A DNA stretch of 64,000 nt from Klebsormidium nitens (Eukaryota; Plantae; Klebsormidiophyceae). Under the pieces are notes generated by a model. It was not told the DNA's origin. It saw only the letters and a program-made list of their open reading frames with translations, and ran no database searches. The stretch's first letter is position 1, and the number at the start of each line of letters is the position of its first letter. Made by a program: the position numbers and the translations under genes. The stretch covers positions 1-64,000 of the forward strand of contig DF236988.1 in NCBI GenBank assembly GCA_000708835.1, given 5' to 3'. Positions 54,401 through 64,000 of the stretch are shown here, piece after piece.

Positions 54401-57400
54401 GGCGGCGGGATGACGTGCAGCCTTCCGCCGAACGTTCCGGCGCATCTCGCGCTCTCGAACCAGTCTGCGTCCAGGAACGGAATCAAGAGCTGGAGCTGCC
54501 CGACCGCCTCGAGGGGCAGAACGTCTCTCTCTTCGAACGCCGTTTGCGCCGCCAGCCGCGCGGGATCCCAGCTAACCTGCACCCGCTCGCGCACCAGCCC
54601 GCTCTGGCCCCCGTTGACCGGCGACCGCCCCTCGGCGACCGCTTCCGCGACTGACGTCAGCATCGCGCGCACACGCGGGTCCCCCCGCAGTGCGGCCGCC
54701 TCGAGCGCCGCCCCCGCCGACGTTATTTTCGGCAGCAGACAATCCCACAACCGTGCGGCGCACGCCCCGGCGCATTCCGCCGGAACCGATTCCGGCACGC
54801 TGTCCGCGAGCTGCCACAGCCGGCTGATGATCTGGACCCGGTCTGCGGTGAGCGCTTGCCCCGGACTCTGCTGCATCAGAACGGGCGGTGGAAGCGCGAC
54901 CGGGGGAGTCAGAAGCTCAACGGAAGCCTCCAGAAGCGCCCGGTAGTTCGCCCCGGCTTTCACCACCTCCGCATAGAGAAATCTGGAGGCCTGCTTCCTG
55001 AACGTGACTGCGGTGATCTCGCCCTTGGAACCCTGGTTAGGGAGCCGGGTTATTGGAACTCCCTTGCACCAACCCGCGCCGGTGTCCTCCACCACTCGCG
55101 CCCCCGGGCTGCCCGACGGACCCACCTCAAAGAAGCGCTCTACGCCCGCGAGAACGCGCGGGTCGTCGCCCTGCGTGCGCGCGTTCAGAGCGCGCTCCAG
55201 AGCCGTCAAACACCGCGACACCAGGCCGTACCACTCCTCCCAGGCCCAAGCCGCCGACTTGACCTTCGCCAGAAACTGCTCGAACGACTCAGTTTCGAAT
55301 GGTCGGTTGCGCCCCTGTTGCTCTGCGCCCCGGTCTTCTTTGTGAAATCGGTCTGCCCTCGACCAAGCCTCAGCACAGGCCTCGCTGAGAGCCTGACGCA
55401 AAAGGATTAGCGCGAGGCTCAGCTCTTCTTTCGCCATCGCTTCTATCCACAGGGCCTTAACGTCTTCTCCGTGAAGGCCTGCGAGCGCGCGCAGCGCACG
55501 GACGCCCAGCTGAAGCCTCGCCGCCCCGTCCCCGAGCTGCAAGCACAATCTTTCCACCAAATCCAGAATTTTCGCGTGGTCTTCGCGGCCACGAATTGGC
55601 CACACACCCCTCCCCTCTGACCAGAACATCTCCAGCCGCACTGCCTGAAGGCGCAGCTCCGCCGCGCGCTTCACGAGCGCGCGCGCGCTTTCCTCTACGC
55701 CGACTGGCGCGCCGGGCGACTGCTCCTTCGCGCCAACGAGCGACGCGAGCGCGCGCTCCTCTTCAGGACTGGCCATCTCGGCCGCGGCCTCGTACATGTC
55801 GGCGGCGCGCGCGCGGTCCCCCTTCTTGTCGAACAGCCGGGCGGCCGCCGCAAAGTTGCCGTCGGCTGTCTCGACCGCAATTACCTCGTCGAAGTAGTCG
55901 CGGCGCTCCAGGAATTGGCGGCGCTTCGATTGCGAAGGGAAGGCGAGGACGCACTCCAGCATCAGGGAGGTGTCTTTGCGGCGGTGGTAGTGAAGGGCGC
56001 ACCTGCGGAGGAGATTCTCATTTTGTGTGTTGAACCCACTTTTAGTCTCTGCTCGTTTGTATTTCGGGATTGCAACAAAGACACGAGAGAGCAGGTCAAA
56101 AGGCGCAAAGCACTGAGGGCCTTTCACCGGGAATGAAACTTTCCCTCTATCCAGAGAAGCTAATGCAAGTTCTGCAGTACTGGAAGGATCTGGAAAAATA
56201 CAACGAGTTAGTTTATATACGGCAGAAGTTGAGGGGAAAGCTCGGTCTGGAAAGCTCGATCTGGAAAGCTAGGATCTGGACGGAAGCCGGCTCATGTTAT
56301 GGCTTTATGGATCATGTAAGGCACTTGCACAACAAGAAGGAAACAACGGAGACCTTTTATGGATTTCTATTCTCTATTTGCCCGGAATCGGAGGCGTGCC
56401 AATCTTATATACATGCTCGTCATTTAGCAGTTTGACTCCATCAACGCGCAGGTGCTTTTCGATTCCTTTTGAAATGGGTCACCTTTTCGTCATTCTCCCC
56501 AGTGACAGCATCTTCGCAGACAGAATTGGACGTGACCTCTTCGCGGTGCAAAACTACGAGAGGCAGCAGAAGGGGATCGGACTGCCGTCTGCCCCTCACC
56601 TGTTTAGGTAGTCAGCCTTTAGGTCCACCAACGTCTGGTCGAAGCCCCCCTCTTTCTCCCACTCTTTCAGCAGCCCAACCCCCAGCTGCAGCTGCCTCCC
56701 CTTAAGGCACGCTCTCAGCGCGAGCTCGCGCGCGCGCGCCTCCGAGTACGCTTCCGCCGCCTCTGCCCAGCTGCCCGCCATCTCGAAGCATTCCGCCGCC
56801 TTTCCCCACAGCGGGGGGGCGCATTTCTCCTTGAAAACTGCCCCCGCGTCCGCGAACCTCCGTGCCTTTCGCAGACAGTCCCCCGCGCTCTCCCCCTTGT
56901 CCAGCTCGAGGAACAGCTCAGCCGCGCGCGCGTACGAGGCTGCCGCGACGCGCGTATCCGGCGCGCGGTCGGCCGCCTGCCGCAGCCCCGCGGCGCGCGC
57001 CCACGTGGCATGGAACGCGTCGCCCGCGCGCTCGAAGCACAGGACCGCGGAGTCGTACCCGCGTTCGTTGAAGAACTGGCGGCCCCTGCGCGCCCACTCC
57101 TCGGGCGTGCTCCGGCTTTGGAACGAAGCGACCAGCTCCGGTGTGAGGGGGAGGAGTTGCACCAGAGATGAACCCCCCGTCCAGAAGTCAAGCATAGGGC
57201 GGCGCAGCTCGGGCGACTCGTCGAAGACCCACAGCCGCTGGCGCGCGCGCGTCAGGACGACGTACAGCTGTTTTAGTTCGCTGCAAAGCAGGTGATGCCG
57301 CACGGGGTCGAAAGGCGGGCAGGCGAGCTCGGGGGAAGGGAATTCGCTGTGGGCGGACGAAGGCCGCACGTTGTTGAGGTAGTTGTACACGACGCGCCAT

Positions 57401-60400
57401 TTGACGCCGAGGGGGGAGTCCGAGAAGAAGTTATACACCAGGACGTCCTGCGAGGGAGAAACATATTCAGATTGTTGCAACGGAGATATGCTACAGGATG
57501 AAGTCCTCGGATGAAGCATGAAAGACATGAGTCGAATCCCGACCTCCTGTCGGCCTGCCAATCTCGAGGTCTGCAAATGTTTTTGGAAGAGGGCCTGAGC
57601 GGGTTATTCAAAACTAGTACAGCCCTGCAAGCTGCTAGAGTGAACGTGTAATGTACTCCTGCTCGATGCTTCAAGCGAGTGATCGAGTAAGTATCTGAGA
57701 AAAGGAATCGCAGATGTCTGACTGTAAAGTGTCCGGCACAACCGTTGGTTGAAAATTCTCAAAGAAAAGCCTATTCAACTTGGTTAAAGCAAGCTTCAAC
57801 GTACTTGTTGTAAACTTGCGGCTGTTTGGAGCCATTTTTCTAGCTATCTTCCAAGCTGTCTGATGCTTTTGACGCACCCGCCTGAGCGACCGTCCGCAAG
57901 CAATGCTCGCGTAACTGGATCACAAGTTGGTCAAACAGGATTGACCCAATCTCTCAATCTTTACAAGGTTTCTCACCTGAAACTCGAGCCCCTTGCACTC
58001 GTGCACGGTAAGCACCAGCATGTCCGTGCCCACTCGGTCCACCAGCCGCCGCTTCGCGGCCGCGTCGCGCACCAGCACCACCTGTTCCGCGCCGAACTCG
58101 CACCCGCCCGTGCCCGCCTGCCAATTTCCATGCACGTGGGCAATTAGTCCCACAAAAGCGTCAAGCTGTTCAGGTGAAATTTAGGCTGAAAGACCCAGAT
58201 AACCCTTTACCGACGGCATCGCACGCTGTAACCACTGACGATGTCACGTGCTGTGGGTGTCAAACAGATAGACTCGACTTTGACGGATCGGCTTCAGCCG
58301 GATCAGAAACTGTAGGGAATCGACATTCAGGACGCTGGCAAAAAGGCCTTGGAACACGAGGTGCGGTGCGCGTTACACATTTCGAATGCAATCAAGACAC
58401 TTCTGGTTCGCAATAGCAAAGCCTTTATCCCAAAGGTAGCTTCAGAATCCTAAAGAAAGCGTCATCAAAGGATGATTATCCTCAGAGACTGGAAGGCACG
58501 TATAACGCCACCTAATGATGGTGCTACGAGAGCAGCTTCCACAACAGCGGTACGCGGCTTCGCAGAGGCCAGATTTTCTACTGCGTAGCTCCTCAGAAGA
58601 CAGCGACCATTTGATTCATTGGAACTCACAACCAGTTTCTTGGAGAAGCCTTGGAGCAAAGCTGCCCAGCAATACAATATATGCACGCCCTGTTGGGGCG
58701 CCCCCCCAACGGGCGCCTCCTCAGGTAGCCTCACCTGGAAGGACCCCTTGCCAAAGAGCGCGGCGAGAAAGTCGACGTCCGCCCCAGTATGCAAAACCGT
58801 CGGCATCTCCCCCGCGATCAAGGAGCTTTCCGGTTGCAGCCGATCCACCATCGCCGGAAAGAAGTGCACCAGTAGCCGGATCACGGAATCCGCCACGCGA
58901 ACGATCCCGCTGTGCGTCCGAAAGTTGGTCGTCAGCTGGTGGACGTCCGGTACGCCCGTTCCGCCGGATTCTGCCCGCTCTCTAACGGAACAGTCTCGCC
59001 GGAGAAACTCGCTGTAGAAGAGCCGTCGCACGTCTTCGAAGCGGAAGCCGACGCCGCGCGCGATCGTCTGCGCGGTGTCCCCCGCGAAGACGAACCCGCC
59101 TTCGATGTGCGCGCACACGAACTTGAACAGCGCGAGCTGCGCTTGCGTCAGGTCTTGCACTTCGTCCACGTACACAAACTGGTGGGTCACCAAGCGGTAA
59201 CCCTCCCGGGTTAGCTCCCGGTACACGTGCCCGACCACGTCAGCGATGTCGTAATCGCGCAGCGCGCGCTTCCGCCTCTCGTACTGCTCGAAGAGTTGGT
59301 AAATTTCGGACCGCTGCTCGGGGCTGAAGGACGACGACCGGGCTTCCGAGAGCTTTAGATAGGCTTCCCGGCTCAGGCGGCCCTGGGGGAAGCGTAGAGA
59401 TTCCTGGCTTCCCTTGATGGTCGAAATGATTTCGGTGTAGACCGCCGACGGGTCGAACTTCTTCCGGAGGCGCATGTCCGTGTGAGGCCAGTAGTCGGAG
59501 CCCACGAACCTAGTTAGGAACGAGAAATCGAAGCCGATTTGTTCCGGGTTAAGAATTTCAAGCGGCAGGCAATCAAATCAGAGACTTTTTGCTTGTATCT
59601 GCAACCGGAAACAAATACCGGCATTGCTCTGCAGAGGTCGTCGTATTCGACGAATTGTGGGGCACCGCAACCGAACCCGTTATCCATGGCCTACCAGTGA
59701 ATCGTGAAAGTTTGGCCAGGTTGCAACGCCCTGATCACACTGATGAAAGGTCGGCTTGCAATGAGGATGAAGACCATAAGGGAGGTCTATCACAAGTGGG
59801 ACTAAGGGAGTCGATTCCGCGTGCTACTTGATTACTTGGTTGGCTCACCACATTCCTATTCAGCTCTCCTGAGCTCAGACGGCAGAATGCTCTACGAAAA
59901 TGCTTTGAAAGGGAAAATCATTACAATACTTTCAATGACAGTTCACGTTCGAGAACCACCACGAAGTGATGTCAGACCAGTTATGACTCAATTTAAGTAG
60001 ATTCTGTCCAATCAAAAAGACAAGACGGAATCTGGCATGCAAATACGCGCAAAATAGTGAACGACACCGCGAAGAAGAATCTATATCAGGCTGTGATCCA
60101 AGAAAGGCTGCCCTTTGTTACGCAGGCCCGCGATCTCGCGCCAGATGAAAACTGAAGAAGAACCCTTGATTAGACCGAAATCTATCTTCTTGATTGGCCG
60201 TCAAGCTTCAAGCTTGAGTGCAAAATTATGCAGCTCTCAAGGTCAAGCTGGTAGACCACAATAGTCAGAAACACCATTGATGCCACGTGCACACGCTTTT
60301 GCAGACGGATTCAAACCTGTCCAACATTGAAAAGGTCTTTCTTAAAGCAGTGAATTTTCGGGGGGCAAATCTAAACCTGTTGGGGATTAGCGACTTTGAT

Positions 60401-63400
60401 CGGGACGTCCAACAGACAAAAGAGCGTTAAAACCCCGACCTTCGTAAGCCTCAAAATTTTCCCGCACCTGTCATAGTCGACCTCCTGTCGCCACTCATCT
60501 CGAGCCTTCCGCGCGCAGCGTTTTTTCCCCGGTGCGAAGCGGACGTCAGCACCGTCGTCAGCACCGCTTTCTTCCCCGTCCCCGGGACTCAGACCGTCAT
60601 CATCCGCCATGATGGACTCGTCATCGTCCGATGATTGGGCACCTGTCCATCAAACGTTTACCTCGCGTTTTTTTCGGAACACAATTAAGGTTTACCATAC
60701 CACCAACGGCGTATTCATTTCACACACCCATTCTGCGCATACATCTCCCGCTTATGGAAGCACCTATGCAGACTTTAATCGTAGTAAGCAATCGCCGACA
60801 GGCTACGCACACAAACAGGTTTCGCTCCAGACATGCTTGAATAACTCAAACTTCAAGCAGGAGTCTCCCATGCCCGCCTGGTGGGGTAGCAGCCAACCAA
60901 AATATACCATCAATGTTGGAGACAGCAGAGTATCCTCTTATGTAGTAGCTCCCTCCCCTCGGATTCAAACGAAGCATACAAGCATGCCCGGTCGGAGAGG
61001 GAATTACATGCCACGCGCTAACGCTTGGATTTGCTCAATTCTTCTTTCAAGCAGCATAATGTTAACGCCAGGTCACTGAGGACGCAATGTTCCTTTACGC
61101 AACAATTTGTTACCTTCTCCGATGCGGATGGAACCGAGGGCGGCGGCTCCTGTAGGGCCTGCAGCAAAGGAAGCCGCCTGTGAGCTTGATTTATGTCTTT
61201 ACTCCCCTTCAAACTGTTTCCAAACAATTGAATGGCGTTGGGCAGGATCGGGTGAGTAGTCTAAGATTGCAACAGAAATGCACGACTACTGATTCATTAG
61301 AGGATCACGCCGCCGAGCACCGTTAGTGTCAGAATCGAGGATCCGGATCTCGGCAATTGTGCTCTCACTTTCTGAGAGACTTGAAGAGGCGACTGACTCA
61401 GTGGACGGGATCATCAGATGGAACCAAGAGAATCTACTCGGTCGCGATAACATACTGGTGACGCAACACAAGCCAGCTCTTTGTGGCTCACTGACATTCG
61501 ATGGAGCACAATCGTTCGCAACAAGAGTTGCACGTTCTTACTAGAGAAATTGACTAGAATCGCAGTCACTCAAGTCTCAGCCCTTGAGAATTGCTTAAAC
61601 CCTCACCTTGTTTGGGGAAGAATGGCCGGGCGATGCCGCCGTCCAGCATGGTTACGAACTTGCGGAACGTGATGACTAGGGGGAACATCCCGGGCTCCAG
61701 CTGAGTCATGTCGTCCGGAATATCGCCCAGCAACCGGGCCTCCTCGGTTTCATCCAGCATGACGTCCTGAAGGCCAACCGCGGGCTGCGTGGCCTCGTTT
61801 TGGGCTGTCAGAAAGAAAAGTCAATTAGCCAAGGCAGATTCTCGTTCGCAAGTACTACGATCAAAAAGAAGGATGCGCCCCCGATTTGAGTAAGTCTATG
61901 CAATACCTGTGAAGAAGGGATTGAATCGCTGTGCATTGAATGAATATTTCAGAGCAACAGAAGGCACATTTCCCACCTGCTGGGTCGCTCCGTACCCAAT
62001 GTTGCATGTCAGACTGGAAGATTCGAAGTGAAAGGGACAGCGAGAATTTGCAGAATGTGGACGGGGGCACTCAAAATCTTTCGCCATATGTGGGCCCACG
62101 TAGGCTTACTAGAAACCCCCCGTCAAGAAAACATGCACCAGAACATTTTCCCGGCCCACCACTCCGTTCCGCTGTCGCCCGTTCCGCTACTCACCCGTTC
62201 CGCTGTCCGCCGCCTCCATGCAGCGCATTGTCCTGTTGAGCGACTGGCGAATCGCCGCGCACAGCTTTGGGCTGAGCGTCACCATCAGCTGCCGCAGGCG
62301 CGGCGGATCGGCGCCGCCCTCGACGGTCGCGGCCGCGCCCGCGTCGGGCTTTGGAGGGTTTGGCACGGCGCTGGGGGCCGCGGCGAGGGCCGCCTTGAAG
62401 CGCTGCTCTTTTTGAAGGAGGCGGGTAGTGATGACTGTCGTCTTGCCAGTGCCGGAGCGCCCGAGTATGAAGACGCTTTTCGGGTACCTGGAGCCGTAAA
62501 ACATAATTCCGCGAAAATGCCGTTCATGAAGTCGCCCGTCTCTCAGGCGGGTAGAAACATGTTCTGTGGAGGTTTTCTTAATCCGATTAAGCGCGAAGAT
62601 ATATGACCCCTGATCAGCATGGTTGCGAGCAGACTTCCAGACTATCGAGAAAGTGCCCAGATCCCTGGGTAGGAGCTGCCACCAGTATGGAAATAACGAA
62701 GACGACTTTTTAAAGAACTCGTACTCCACTCGATTTTACTGGCACTCATAAAGGGTTCTCCAAGAATTCAAGCACGGAAGAAATTTTCCGCCCAGACTTA
62801 AGTAGACACGGAGGCGGTTCTCAAGCTTGCAAGCAATCAGAAGTGCATACATGACAGCCCTGCTTGACATTGGCAATGCGCTGAGATCCGGACCGACTTG
62901 CGACAGCCCACTTCGAGCCAGAGGGGCTACAATGGTAACCAGAAGCAATCAAACTACATTCCAATTAGGTACAGTAAAAGGGCAGATAATGGTTGAGTGG
63001 GCGCTCACTGCACGATGGCCGCCTCCTGCTCGCTGACCTCGAACGGCAGCTCCAGCTCGCTGCCGTCAGCTGCCGTCATCAGCACGTGGGCTGCCCCGGG
63101 CGACATCTCGTAGAACTTGAGGAGCAGCAGGCTCTCATCCACAGCCGCTTCCTCCAGCCCCGCGGCGGCCGCTTCGCCTGCAAAGTTTCAGGATTTCAGG
63201 CTTTGGGATTAGGATTCTTTGAAAGTTGGGCTGTTGTCTGATTTGGCGTCTACTGTCTTTTCACAGCCTGTTGCTATTCTCTGCCAGGAAACGAGCAACG
63301 CGTAAGGATTGGGACGGCAGGCAAAGATTGGGACGCCACGCCCAGAGAGTTCGGGCGTCACGGGCCTTCGGACGTCGAAAGTGTGTTGTCAGCCGCAATT

Positions 63401-64000
63401 GACTGCTTGGAGTGACTGACTGGCTATCGAGACAGTCGTGGAGAACGCCTCTGAAACGGCTCAAATTCCAAAAGCGGGTCGGACCTTGGTTTCGGAATTT
63501 GAAAACTTCTGAACACTCCCGTCCGAATCAGAGATTCAACCGAGCCCTTGCCAGCATGGCTCTCTAATTTTGCGAGGAAAGGATTTTGCGGACGTACTTC
63601 GTACTCATGTTAGAAACTTCGACAAGCGTACCGGCAGCTCGCACACCAGATTGTTCAATAAAAATGTTTGATACCTACTTCTTATTCACTGCCATATCCT
63701 GGGAGCCATGGACAGTGGGGAAGATCCATGACTCTGAACTGCTGAACACAAACCGCCAGCGGAGTCGTTTGAAAGACAAGCGGACCACAGAACGTTCAAA
63801 ACAAGATCATGGTGAATTTGAGGACAAAGAAATGATTTTCTTGACGACAGTGCGGAGGACGAATGAGATGAACGTAAAAGACGCACATCACCCCCGAAAT
63901 TCTTACCAGAATGCTCGAGGGCCTCCTCCGAGACTTCGACGGCCCGGTCCTTTTTGAACCACACGAACCGGTCGTCTCTATCCCAAGTGAGCGGCAGCAC
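51452..64000 (-). CDS. TRANK1/LBA1-like UvrD-family SF1 helicase with TPR-like repeats; the 5' part lies beyond the window. Exons >64000-63907, 63177-63009, 62487-62195, 61804-61607, 60642-60468, 59509-58735, 58117-57977, 57447-56600, 56002-53041, 52255-52116, 51623-51452.
   Basis: ESLLLLKFYEMS...ELELPFEVSEQE; Walker A FILGRSGTGKTT; Walker B VYVDEVQD; FAGDTAQTI; LTTNFRTH; VHECKGLEF; LKQLYVVLTRARQRLW; TPR-like AVLCFERAG/AAECFEMAG repeats; basic C-terminal tail. Junction phases are consistent throughout. Confidence 0.88.

Overview
Intron-rich eukaryotic genomic DNA with GC-rich exons, GT-AG introns and TTTTAGGG/AAAACCCTAA telomere-like motifs. The gene content points to a streptophyte alga such as Klebsormidium (inference). 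Left accessory block (1-12.1 kb): a duplicated coiled-coil gene, orphan ORFs, a ubiquitin pseudogene, and an apparently intact 4-exon SWIM + CxC + KDZ (Zisupton-like) transposase gene followed by two tandem-repeat arrays. Next come an intronless bacterial/phage-like GT2 glycosyltransferase, a 9-exon SEC23, and a divergently transcribed TMEM131-like gene. Three tandem paralogs of an unrecognised, internally duplicated membrane protein follow; one has an intron and frameshifts. Then several small MITE-like elements, an 11-exon APX-related heme peroxidase with a twin-arginine thylakoid signal, and the 3' part of a TRANK1-like UvrD/SF1 helicase-TPR gene running off the right edge. The most unusual structural signal is 'splice-junction echoes': decayed tandem copies of exon ends together with their splice sites, inside introns of three unrelated genes. 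All exon models were built by hand from splice consensus and frame continuity, with no RNA evidence.
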